From positions 2,496,001 through 2,560,000 of the forward strand of contig OY760175.1 of assembly GCA_963663165.1 (NCBI GenBank): a DNA stretch of 64,000 nucleotides. The letters are read 5' to 3'. Shown here piece by piece: positions 9,992-18,801 of the stretch. A program made the position numbers and the translations under genes. This stretch comes from an uncultured Desulfospira sp. (GTDB taxonomy: Bacteria > Desulfobacterota > Desulfobacteria > Desulfobacterales > Desulfobacteraceae). Positions within the stretch are counted from its first letter, which is position 1. Each line of letters starts with the position of its first letter. Below the pieces are notes generated by a model that saw only the letters and a list, made by a program, of their open reading frames with translations, made no database searches and was not told the DNA's origin.

Positions 9992-10312
9992 TTACTTTGA
10001 GCCGGTATCAAGGCTTCCCATAATGGCCTGGTTAAACCCGAACACCCGGCGGTTCCCCGCATAAGCCACCAGCTCAACGGTCCGCTCAAGGCCCGGCTCA
10101 AACCGGATGGCGGTGCCTGACGGGATGTTGAGCCGGAACCCCTTGGCCTTTTCCCGCTCAAAGGAGAGGGCCTTGTTGGTTTCATAAAAATGGTAATGGG
10201 ACCCCACCTGAATGGGCCGGTCACCCCTGTTGACCACCGTAAGGCTTGTGGTTTGACGCCCCTCATTGATGGAGATTTCTCCTTGTTTTGTGATTATTTC
10301 TCCTGGAATCAT
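9992..10312 (-). CDS. ureB: Urease subunit beta
   Basis: [19 protein letters not shown] and GTAIRFEPG motifs. Confidence 0.99.
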   Translation of the reverse strand: MIPGEIITKQGEISINEGRQTTSLTVVNRGDRPIQVGSHYHFYETNKALSFEREKAKGFRLNIPSGTAIRFEPGLERTVELVAYAGNRRVFGFNQAIMGSLDTGSK

Positions 10313-10326
10313 GAAAATCTCCCGCC

Positions 10327-10629
10327 TTATTGTATGGGGTTATGGACGGTGACCAGTTTGGTGCCGTCGGGAAATGTGGCTTCAACCTGCACATCATGGA
10401 TCATTTCGGCCACGCCTTCCATGACCTCTTCCCTGGACAGAAGGGTCCGGCCGTAATCCATAAGTTCGGCCACGGTTTTGCCTTCCCGGGCGCCTTCCAT
10501 GACCGCCGCACTGATAAAGGCGACAGTCTCGGGATAGTTGAGCCGCAGCCCTTTGGCCTTGCGCCGTTCTGCAAGCAGGCCTGCCGTAAAGATCAGCAGT
10601 TTGTCTTTTTCTCTGGGGGTAAGGTCCAT
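10327..10629 (-). CDS. ureA: Urease subunit gamma
   Basis: [16 protein letters not shown] and [17 protein letters not shown] motifs. Confidence 0.99.
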   Translation of the reverse strand: MDLTPREKDKLLIFTAGLLAERRKAKGLRLNYPETVAFISAAVMEGAREGKTVAELMDYGRTLLSREEVMEGVAEMIHDVQVEATFPDGTKLVTVHNPIQ

Positions 10630-10667
10630 TGTTCTTCCTCGTCATTTAATGTCTGATCAAACACCAT

Positions 10668-11513
10668 TTAAGTGTTCCAGATCCGTGGTGCGGTCGCCTG
10701 CCTGCCCGTCAGTTCGGGGGCAAGGGTTTGCCGCAGGATTTCAAAGTGTTCTTTGGCCTGTCCGGGATGATCGCCCAGGTATCGTGCCACAAGCAGATGG
10801 TCCATCAGTGTCATGCCAAAATTTTCTTCAACGCCGGGGGGCCGCTTCCGGGCCGCCTGAAAAAGCGGTTCCTGGACCGGATAAGCCCAGAAGGTTGCCG
10901 TAACCGGCTGGCTCCTTAGCCCGGCCGGTCCGGCCAGGTCTTTTTGATTTTCAACCTTAAGTGTTTCAAACAGGAGCGGAACGTCACCGTTGAGCACGGT
11001 GACCGCCGACGCAAGCTGCCCATTGGCAAAAGGCTTTTTGAGTGCAGGAAGGCCCAGGCATAAAATTTCCCACCCCATGAACACCGCCTCCGGATCAAGG
11101 TGGACGATTGTTTCAAGACGGCCCACAGCCCCTTCAAAAAGAATGGTCTCCTGGGGGCACCACTCCAAAACCGATCCTTTGGCCAGGGTCAGGGTCTGGG
11201 CCTGAAACGCCTGTTGCCCAAGAGAACGGTAAAATTTGGTCGCCCCAGGCGTGGTCAAAAGGGTGCGGCTGTTTTCCCCGGCATGGACGGCAAGATCCAG
11301 ACAATCGCCGCCCACAAGCCCCCCGGGGGGATGCAGCAGATAGATATGACAAGTACCGTCTTCCGCATATAAGGGCTGCTGAATGGTTAAGGGGCCTTTC
11401 CGGCTGGTTTTTGAAAGGACGGTTTTGCCTTCCTTTTCTTCAAGATAAAGGCGTAAGGACCCATGCCAGCCTTTTGTGCTGTCATGGGCCGGTATGGAGG
11501 GCAGGAAACTCAT
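10668..11513 (-). CDS. ureD: Urease accessory protein UreD
   Basis: LHPPGGLVGGD, TTPGATKFYRS and a C-terminal PRIWNT. Confidence 0.97.
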   Translation of the reverse strand: MSFLPSIPAHDSTKGWHGSLRLYLEEKEGKTVLSKTSRKGPLTIQQPLYAEDGTCHIYLLHPPGGLVGGDCLDLAVHAGENSRTLLTTPGATKFYRSLGQQAFQAQTLTLAKGSVLEWCPQETILFEGAVGRLETIVHLDPEAVFMGWEILCLGLPALKKPFANGQLASAVTVLNGDVPLLFETLKVENQKDLAGPAGLRSQPVTATFWAYPVQEPLFQAARKRPPGVEENFGMTLMDHLLVARYLGDHPGQAKEHFEILRQTLAPELTGRQATAPRIWNT

Positions 11514-11560
11514 CTTAATACTGCATGGATAATACTTATGACTCTGAACACCGGCAAGGG

Positions 11561-12784
11561 TTAATTTTCAATAATGGCCATCTCCCGGTCATGGATCCCG
11601 ATCAGGTAGAGCAACCCGTCCAGGCCCATGGAAGAGATGGCATTGGTGGCTTTTTCCCGGACCAGGGGCTTGGCGTTAAAGGCCACCCCAAGGCCTGCAA
11701 TGGAGATCATGGGCAGGTCGTTGGCCCCGTCCCCTACGGCAATGGTCTGCTCTATGGCCAGGTCTTCACGCCGGGCAAGTTCCCTTAAGAGTTCGGCCTT
11801 TTTCTCCCCATCCACAATCTGCCCCTTAACCTCTCCGGTAACCACACCGTCCTGGATATCCAGTTCATTGGCAAACACATAATCAAACCCGAGCTTGTCC
11901 TTGAGATACTCTCCCACAAAGGTAAATCCGCCGGACAGTATCCCGAGCTTATACCCTAACTGTTTTAAAGTCCGGGTCACCAGCTCGGCGCCTTCGGTCA
12001 GGGGCAGGGTCTCGGTGATGCTGGCCAGATCCGTCTCGCGCAGCCCCTTTAGAAGGGCCACCCGCCGCCGGAAGCTTTCTTTAAAATCCATTTCCCCCCT
12101 CATGGCCGACTCGGTGATCCGGGCCACTTCATCGCCCACACCGGCCAGTTTGGCAAGCTCTACAATGACTTCGGCCTGGATCAGGGTGGAGTCCATGTCA
12201 AATACCACCAGTTTCCGGTTTTTCCGGTAGATATTGTCCACATGAAATGAAATATCAATTTCGTTTTTCCGGGAAATTTCCATGAAACTGCCCCGCATTT
12301 TCGTGATATCTTTCGGGGTTCCGGATACGGAAAACTGGACACTGGCCCGGGGCCTGGGATGGGGGCATTCAAACGATCTTCTGCCGGTGAGCCGGGTGAT
12401 GGCATCAATATTAAGCCCCTGTGCGGCACACACCGATGCCACCAGAGAAATCTGGCGGGCCGTCAGGGTCTGGCCAAGGATGGTGATCATCCGCCGTTCC
12501 TTGCCCTGGGCCTTGACCCATTTTTCATAATCCTCCCGGGTGACGGTGTTGATGTCCACCCGGAGCCCAAGTTTGTGCCCTTCAAACAGGGCATCCTTGA
12601 AAATGGCGGAAAACTCCTCAGGCCCTGGAATTTTGGCCAGGATGCCAAGGGAGATGTGTTTGTGGATAACGGCCTGGCCGATATCCAGGATCCCCACCCC
12701 GTAACAACCCAGAATCTTAGTAAATCTTGCCACCAGGCCTTCCTGGTCCCTGCCGGTAATGTTGATCAGTACGATATCTTCCAT
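11561..12784 (-). CDS. serB: Phosphoserine phosphatase SerB with ACT domains (start at MEDIVL, 12784)
   Basis: FDMDSTLIQ.EVI.ELA, SGGF and GDGANDLPM HAD motifs, with N-terminal ACT repeats. Confidence 0.96.
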   Translation of the reverse strand: MEDIVLINITGRDQEGLVARFTKILGCYGVGILDIGQAVIHKHISLGILAKIPGPEEFSAIFKDALFEGHKLGLRVDINTVTREDYEKWVKAQGKERRMITILGQTLTARQISLVASVCAAQGLNIDAITRLTGRRSFECPHPRPRASVQFSVSGTPKDITKMRGSFMEISRKNEIDISFHVDNIYRKNRKLVVFDMDSTLIQAEVIVELAKLAGVGDEVARITESAMRGEMDFKESFRRRVALLKGLRETDLASITETLPLTEGAELVTRTLKQLGYKLGILSGGFTFVGEYLKDKLGFDYVFANELDIQDGVVTGEVKGQIVDGEKKAELLRELARREDLAIEQTIAVGDGANDLPMISIAGLGVAFNAKPLVREKATNAISSMGLDGLLYLIGIHDREMAIIEN

Positions 12785-12786
12785 GG

Positions 12787-13656
12787 CTAAATCAGGTCCT
12801 TTGCCGTCCGGATGACCACATCCCCGGGCCGGCAGTCCCCGTGCCGGGCCACAATGAGGCATTTGGCCTTAAATAAATAGAAAATCCGCTCATCTTTATG
12901 ATCCAGGGTTTCAAAATTGCCCTGGCCTTTGGAAATGATCAGGTCTGCCTTTTCATAAGCCGTTACCAGCTCCTTAGAGCAATACTCAAGGATGGTGCCC
13001 GGGATGGCGGCCCCGGAGTCAATCACCTTCACCAGATCCGTCATCCCCGTATCCACAGCATCTGCCATGGTGGCGTCATTCAGGGCGTTGCCGCCCCGGA
13101 CCACATAGGTGATTTTATCCTGGTCCATTTCTTCAATTAAAAGCTTGTCAAATACGATCTCACCGGTATTGTCGGAAAGCCAGAGAATGTGGTCCGCATT
13201 TTGGACCGCAAGCTCCAGGGCTTTGACATCTCCGGTGATTTGGGTTTCAAGGGCATGGGCAATGGTGTCCATGACCTTTTCGGGGCCAACGGTGGAGGCG
13301 GCCCCGAAATCAATGATATTCCCGGCAATGGAAAGCCTGACCCCGATTTCAAACCGGCCTGATGGATCTTTTGCCTCATCTTTTAAAGCCGAAAGTTTGG
13401 GATAAAGATCCAGGGCCAGGTCATTATATTCTTTCTTAAGCGCCTTATAGGGATCATCTTCGCCGGAAAACTTGCGGACACAGTCCTGGATCACTTTGGC
13501 CATCAGGGGCGGGGCAGATTCCATTGGCGCCTTTACCAGTTCGGCCATCACCGCCTTTACAATTTTCTGGTGAACCAGATCATCCTTAGTGGAAAGCCGG
13601 GCCGCATCCAGGGCTCCCCTGGCAATACAGGGCAGGCAGTCATTGTACATTTTCAT
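12787..13656 (-). CDS. DUF89/ARMT1-like damage-control metal-dependent phosphatase
   Basis: N-terminal C.PC, DPY, AGNIIDFG, DNTGEIVFD, NDAT and KGQGNFE motifs. Confidence 0.9.
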   Translation of the reverse strand: MKMYNDCLPCIARGALDAARLSTKDDLVHQKIVKAVMAELVKAPMESAPPLMAKVIQDCVRKFSGEDDPYKALKKEYNDLALDLYPKLSALKDEAKDPSGRFEIGVRLSIAGNIIDFGAASTVGPEKVMDTIAHALETQITGDVKALELAVQNADHILWLSDNTGEIVFDKLLIEEMDQDKITYVVRGGNALNDATMADAVDTGMTDLVKVIDSGAAIPGTILEYCSKELVTAYEKADLIISKGQGNFETLDHKDERIFYLFKAKCLIVARHGDCRPGDVVIRTAKDLI

Positions 13657-14987
13657 TTCAAGGATTCCTCTTTCAGCTTTGCAAGCATCTCCATCAAACT
13701 TTTTCGATTGTTCAGGTCAGGGTTTTCCAATACCTTTTCAAACAGGACGCCCTTTACCCGGCCCACTTCAGGGCCGGTGCCCATGTCTAAAATGTCGATA
13801 ATATCCTGGCCGTTAACAGCAAGGTCATTGATATTAAAGGCGGTCCGGGTTGTGATTTCATCTTTGATCTTTTTTACGCGCAGCCTTATATCTGAAATGG
13901 TGTACGGGGACTTGGCAAGGTTTCCCCGTTTATCGGCAATTCTCATGCGCATGAAATCCGGCCAGGTCAGGTTCAGTTCATCCAGCATGACCAGAAGGCG
14001 CCGGACCGACTTAGGGCTGGTCTTTTCCGCCAGAGGCCTCATATGGGCTTTGACCAGGGCAAGGATATAGGATTTTTCCTTTCCTGAAAACCTTAACCGG
14101 TCAAGATCCGCTTCCAAAGCATCCGTCTCTTTTTCATGGCCGTGAAAGGTGACCCGGCCGTCCTTAACGCCGGCCGCATCAACCTTTCCCACATCGTGAA
14201 GAAATCCGGCAAGGCGGAGCAGGGGCTGCCGGGCCGGCAGGGCATCCCCCACCAGCAGACAGTGTTCAAACACGGTTTCCCCATGATAAGGGCCGCCGTC
14301 CACCCCCACACACCGGGCCAGGCAGGGCAGAATTCCGGGCAGCAGCCCGGTTTCATGAAGACGCTCGAAAAATCCGGAGGGTCTGGCCATATCCATGGCC
14401 TTGATCAGTTCGACCCGGGTTCTTTCCCAGGCCACACCGGATTCGATCAGCCCGGCATGGGCCGTAATGGCCTCTTGTGAGGACCGGGCAATTTGGCCGT
14501 TAAGCCGGGCCGCAAACCGGCAGGCCCGGACCATGCGGACCGGATCTTCCATGATCCGCTCATCAGGGCTGCGGGTAAACCGGACCATCCCCTTTTCCAG
14601 GTCTGTCTTTCCGTTAAACGGATCCATGAGGGTGTTGGTTTCCGGATTAAAGGCCATGGCATTGATGGTCAGATCCCGCATGCCAAGGTCGGTTTCCGGA
14701 AACGCCGGGTCAGGCCGGCTGCCGGACCGGGCCGTGGCCACCTCAACACCGTTGACCATGCACACCGGAAAGCTTTTGCCCACCAGTTTGACCTTTTCAC
14801 TGGCAAACAAGGAAAGAATCTGTTCGGGCAGGGCATTGGTCAGAATGTCAATATCCTTTGGACAAAGTCCGAGCAGCATGTCCCGGACTGCCCCCCCGGC
14901 CATATAGGCTTTAAACCCGTTGGCTCTGAGCCGCTCCATAATGGGACGGGCGTCACCCAGTTCCGGTATGGGGGTTAACCTGTCCAT
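13653..14987 (-). CDS. CCA tRNA nucleotidyltransferase / poly(A) polymerase family protein with HD domain (start at 14987)
   Basis: GGAVRD.LLG..PKDIDI, RDLTINAMA, EDPVRMVRA.RF and HDVGK motifs. Confidence 0.92.
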   Translation of the reverse strand: MDRLTPIPELGDARPIMERLRANGFKAYMAGGAVRDMLLGLCPKDIDILTNALPEQILSLFASEKVKLVGKSFPVCMVNGVEVATARSGSRPDPAFPETDLGMRDLTINAMAFNPETNTLMDPFNGKTDLEKGMVRFTRSPDERIMEDPVRMVRACRFAARLNGQIARSSQEAITAHAGLIESGVAWERTRVELIKAMDMARPSGFFERLHETGLLPGILPCLARCVGVDGGPYHGETVFEHCLLVGDALPARQPLLRLAGFLHDVGKVDAAGVKDGRVTFHGHEKETDALEADLDRLRFSGKEKSYILALVKAHMRPLAEKTSPKSVRRLLVMLDELNLTWPDFMRMRIADKRGNLAKSPYTISDIRLRVKKIKDEITTRTAFNINDLAVNGQDIIDILDMGTGPEVGRVKGVLFEKVLENPDLNNRKSLMEMLAKLKEESLK

Positions 14988-15000
14988 GAAATCTGTACGT

Positions 15001-16026
15001 TCATATTCTGATATCCGAGGCTGCCCCGCATTTCGGGCATGATCCGTCCCGGGAAAGGTGATTTTTAATTGTGTAGCCCAGCCGTTCCACCAGGAGGCTG
15101 CCGCATTTTGGACACTTTGTGTGTTCCCAGTCCGACCCGGGCATATTCCCCATGTATACATATTTTAAGCCGGCCCGATCCCCGATCTCACAGGCCGTTT
15201 CCAGGGACTTTGCAGGGGTTGGTCCCCGGTCCGTCATCTGGTAACAGGGGTGAAACCGGGACACATGCCAGGGGGTGTCGTCCCCCAGGTCATTGGCAAT
15301 AAACCCGGCCATGGCCTCAAGCTCTGCTTCATCATCGTTAAGCCCCGGGATGAGCAGCGTGGTCACCTCCACCAGGATACCGGCCTTTTTCATCCGCACC
15401 AGGTTCTGCTTAACCGGTTCCAGTTCGGCGTTGCAGAACTGCCGGTAAAACTCAGGGGTAAAGGCCTTAAGGTCCACATTGGCGGCATCCAGCCAGAGGG
15501 CCATCTGGTCAATGGCTTCAAGGCTCATGAACCCGTTGGTCACAAATATGTTGGCCAACCCCTTTTCCCGGGCCAGCACCGCCGTATCCCGGGCCAACTC
15601 ATAAAACACCGTGGGCTCGGTATAGGTATAGGCCATGGTCTCACACCCGGCATCCAGGGCCAGGGCCACGATATTTTCAGGGGCCAGGGGCTCACCCGGG
15701 GGCTTTCCCTTTGCATCTGAAAATCTGGTCCTGGCCAGATCATGGGCAATCCGGGCATTCTGGCAGAACCGGCACTTTAAATTGCAGCCTGCCGTGGCAA
15801 TGGAAAAGGACAAAGACCCTGGCTTTAAGTGATAAATGGGCTTTTTTTCAATGGGGTCCACGGCATGGGCAATCACCCGGTCATAGACCAGGGAAACCAG
15901 CGTGCCGTTCCGGTTTTCCCGGACCCGGCAGATCCCCTTTTTCCCCTCATTGATCAGGCAAAAGTGGCTGCAAAGCCGGCATCTGACCTGGTTTGCGTCC
16001 AGTTTATCATAAAATGCCGCTTCCAT
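15001..16026 (-). CDS. amrS: AmmeMemoRadiSam system radical SAM enzyme (start at 16026)
   Basis: DPIEKKP.YH, GCNLKCRFCQN and YTY.EP motifs, plus a C-terminal CPKCG zinc ribbon. Confidence 0.93.
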   Translation of the reverse strand: MEAAFYDKLDANQVRCRLCSHFCLINEGKKGICRVRENRNGTLVSLVYDRVIAHAVDPIEKKPIYHLKPGSLSFSIATAGCNLKCRFCQNARIAHDLARTRFSDAKGKPPGEPLAPENIVALALDAGCETMAYTYTEPTVFYELARDTAVLAREKGLANIFVTNGFMSLEAIDQMALWLDAANVDLKAFTPEFYRQFCNAELEPVKQNLVRMKKAGILVEVTTLLIPGLNDDEAELEAMAGFIANDLGDDTPWHVSRFHPCYQMTDRGPTPAKSLETACEIGDRAGLKYVYMGNMPGSDWEHTKCPKCGSLLVERLGYTIKNHLSRDGSCPKCGAASDIRI

Positions 16027-16084
16027 AAAAAGCCCCCCCTTCTCAACCGGCCCCAAAGGGTAACACAACCGTCATCACGCGCGC

Positions 16085-16126
16085 CCTTTCATCCCTCATC
16101 CTTCAGCCTTCAGTCTTCAGCCTTTA
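16085..16126. repeat. Heptamer array (CCTTCAG family) overlapping the methyltransferase stop
   Basis: CCTTTCA TCCCTCA TCCTTCA GCCTTCA GTCTTCA GCCTTTA. Confidence 0.85.
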
Positions 16127-16892
16127 TATCCATCATCCGGGTGGCCAGGCCCGGGGCCGGTTTATAAAGCTTTCGGGTCCTGATCTTCAATGCCAGAGGC
16201 CGGGTCCTGAATTTGGGCACCGGCTTGATCCGCATGCCGATCAGGGTACCGTAATAGGATTTTTGCACCAGTCTTATATTTTCAATATAGGAAGCCGCTC
16301 TGCTGTGAAGAAATGGGAACTGCGGTGTTGTCCGCCAGACCACGGGCACATGCCCCAGGATACCGGACAGGGTCCGCTTGATGTCCCCGATACTGAAAAA
16401 ATGGGCCTTTGAAAACATGCCCGGGATAAAAAACCCCTTTACCTGCCGGGCCATATTTAACGGGGCATACCGGTTCAGCACCCCGATAATCACGCTGTCC
16501 TTGGCCACCCGGCAGGCCTCTTCAATGGCCTTGGCCGGCCTTTCGGTATATTCCAGGCTGGTAAAAAAAAAGGCCGTATCAAAGGCGTTGTCTTCAAAAG
16601 GCAGGTCCTCGGCAGCTCCCCGGTGCAGGTCCACCTGGCTTCCCAGCCGCTCCAAGGCCTTATCCAGCATATAAGGGGACGGATCAATGCCGGTAAGGTT
16701 AAGCCCCCGGTCCAAAAGCGGTCCAAGGCTGGCCCCGGTGCCGCACCCGATATCCAGTATCCGGCTTCCCTTTTCAAGGGTCATGAGGTCCTGAATCAGC
16801 TTGAGTTCAAGGCCCACCTGGTACTGAATCCCCGGCCTTTCAAGCCAGGCATCGTACCGATCTGCGTCCATGAAATCAAATACATACCCCAT
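16110..16892 (-). CDS. Class I SAM-dependent methyltransferase
   Basis: ILDIGCGTG, GIDPS..ML and AEDLPFEDNAFD motifs. Confidence 0.92.
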   Translation of the reverse strand: MGYVFDFMDADRYDAWLERPGIQYQVGLELKLIQDLMTLEKGSRILDIGCGTGASLGPLLDRGLNLTGIDPSPYMLDKALERLGSQVDLHRGAAEDLPFEDNAFDTAFFFTSLEYTERPAKAIEEACRVAKDSVIIGVLNRYAPLNMARQVKGFFIPGMFSKAHFFSIGDIKRTLSGILGHVPVVWRTTPQFPFLHSRAASYIENIRLVQKSYYGTLIGMRIKPVPKFRTRPLALKIRTRKLYKPAPGLATRMMDIKAED

Positions 16893-16907
16893 TTTGCACC
16901 ATCTTCC

Positions 16908-16987
16908 GGCTGAAAACCCATGGCTGAAGCCTGAAGGATCAAAGGACGGGAAGCCTTCAGCCTTCAGCCTAAATCACTTCAGTCTTA
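16908..16987. repeat. Heptamer array with inverted arms (GGCTGAA / TTCAGCC)
   Basis: GGCTGAA GCCTGAA GGATCAA ... GCCTTCA GCCTTCA GCCTAAA. Confidence 0.85.
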
Positions 16988-17749
16988 TCCAATCGTTTCC
17001 TTAATCTTTTCCATCATCCGGTCAATGGCCAGGACGGCTTTGGAATCATCAGGCAGCTCCATTAAAGAGCGCTGCTCCATATCAAATTCAAGGAGATTGT
17101 CATCATCGGGGATGGTACACAAAATGGGAACCCCGATCCGTTCCACCTCATCTAAAAACGCCTGGCTCAACTTTTCCGGGGCCCGGTTAACAATGATCCC
17201 CTTGTGCTTGATTTCCAGCTTAAGGTCATCGAGCATCTCATTAATCCGGCCCACAGCCCGCAGGCCCCGCAGGGCGTAATCAGTGACCATCAACAGGATA
17301 TCCACCTTACCGGAGGTCCTTCGGCTCAGGTGCTCCATACCGGCTTCATTGTCCACCAGAAGATACCGGTAATTTTTTTCAAGCTCATCGGTGAACCGGT
17401 TGAGAATATTGTTGACCATGCAGTAACAGCCCTGGCCTTCCTGGCGGCCCATGACCAGCAGGTCAAACTCTTTCTTTTCAATCAACACCTGGTTCATGAG
17501 CATTTCAAGGTAAAGGATCTTATCCATGCCCGAGGGAACGGCCTGGGGGTCTTTCATAAAATTTTCCCGGATATCCCCCACGGTATTCTCTATGGGCAAC
17601 CCTAAGGTTTCCCCCAGGTTGCTGTTGGGATCAGCATCAACGGCAAGAAGCGGCCCGTCCTGTTTCTTTGCAAAATGTCTGACAGCCAGGGCGGAAACCG
17701 TTGTCTTACCCACCCCGCCTTTACCGGCCATGGCAATTATTTTACTCAT
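16985..17749 (-). CDS. cooC: CO dehydrogenase/acetyl-CoA synthase nickel-insertion ATPase (CooC/AcsF family)
   Basis: GKGGVGKT, DADPNSNL, the GCYC Ni-binding motif and DNEAGMEHLSR. Confidence 0.9.
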   Translation of the reverse strand: MSKIIAMAGKGGVGKTTVSALAVRHFAKKQDGPLLAVDADPNSNLGETLGLPIENTVGDIRENFMKDPQAVPSGMDKILYLEMLMNQVLIEKKEFDLLVMGRQEGQGCYCMVNNILNRFTDELEKNYRYLLVDNEAGMEHLSRRTSGKVDILLMVTDYALRGLRAVGRINEMLDDLKLEIKHKGIIVNRAPEKLSQAFLDEVERIGVPILCTIPDDDNLLEFDMEQRSLMELPDDSKAVLAIDRMMEKIKETIG

Positions 17750-17894
17750 ATTCGCTCCAATTTTAGAAATTCAAATCACGTTAACTAACATAACGCAATC
17801 GATAAAAAAAGCAAGGTGGGTAAATTGATGGGACAGGGCCATGTGACTTGCCAGCTGTTTGATATGATAGTGTGGATAATAATGCAAAAAATGG

Positions 17895-17980
17895 AAACCG
17901 GAAACGGGAGTCCGGAGACCGGATCTTGCGATTCCCTCGGGTTGACGCATTCCGGTCTGCGGTCTCCGGTCTTCGGTTTC
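17895..17980. repeat. Heptamer array with inverted arms (AGACCGG / TCCGGTC family)
   Basis: AAACCGG AAACGGG AGTCCGG AGACCGG ... TCCGGTC TGCGGTC TCCGGTC TTCGGTT. Confidence 0.85.
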
Positions 17981-17989
17981 CTTCAAACA

Positions 17990-18796
17990 CTAATTGAACA
18001 ATTTTTTAAGCAGGCTGGTGGTCTGCTCCACGGGATTCTCGCGGATGGCTTTTTCTTTTTGTGCCATATAATAAAAAATGCCGTCCATGCCCTTTTCCAC
18101 CACATAGTCTGAGAGGTTGGCCTTGACGTCGGGAACCAGGGGCAGGGTTTTGTACTTTGCCACCATGGTGTCATAGGCCTGGACCGCCTGCACCTCGGTT
18201 AAGGCCTCTTCCACCACAGGGGTCATGGCTTCGGACAGGTCATCGGACATTTTTTCTTTGAAATACTGGGTGGCCGCGTCATCGGCACCCTGATAAATCT
18301 CTTTGGCGTCGTCAAAGGTCATGGCGGAGATGGCATTCATGAACAGCTCTTTGGCCTTTGGCGTGGCCGCTTCCGCCGCCCGGTTCAATTTCAGTTCCAG
18401 GTCATCGGTAAGGGACGAGAACCCGGCTTTGTTCAGCAGGGACTGGGCCGTGGAGAGGCTGCTGGGCAGCGGGATATGGATATTGTCGTCACTGTTGAAC
18501 CCGTCCGTGGCCCCCAGCTGTTTCACCACGGCCTCAGATGCCACTTCCAGCGCCTCTTTCAGACCGCTGGAGATTTCATCGACCGAGAGATTGGATATGG
18601 CGGACGAGGAAGATGACGATGAACTTTTGGTACTGCTGCTGGTGCTGTCCTTGGAACTGCCTGAGTTCCCAAGGGAGTTTAATACGCTCTTTCCCTGGTC
18701 CAGCCAGGAATTTCCGGCATAAGCCGGAAAGTTTAAAACCAGGGCCAGACAAATTCCGGCCAGGCCGGTTTTCCAAAAATCTTTCATTGTGTTCAT
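17990..18796 (-). CDS. DUF4197 family secreted protein
   Basis: Signal peptide, Ser-rich linker, GLKEAL, LNRAAE.A, DAAT.YF and E..IR.NP motifs. Confidence 0.88.
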   Translation of the reverse strand: MNTMKDFWKTGLAGICLALVLNFPAYAGNSWLDQGKSVLNSLGNSGSSKDSTSSSTKSSSSSSSSAISNLSVDEISSGLKEALEVASEAVVKQLGATDGFNSDDNIHIPLPSSLSTAQSLLNKAGFSSLTDDLELKLNRAAEAATPKAKELFMNAISAMTFDDAKEIYQGADDAATQYFKEKMSDDLSEAMTPVVEEALTEVQAVQAYDTMVAKYKTLPLVPDVKANLSDYVVEKGMDGIFYYMAQKEKAIRENPVEQTTSLLKKLFN

Positions 18797-18801
18797 TCTC
18801 C

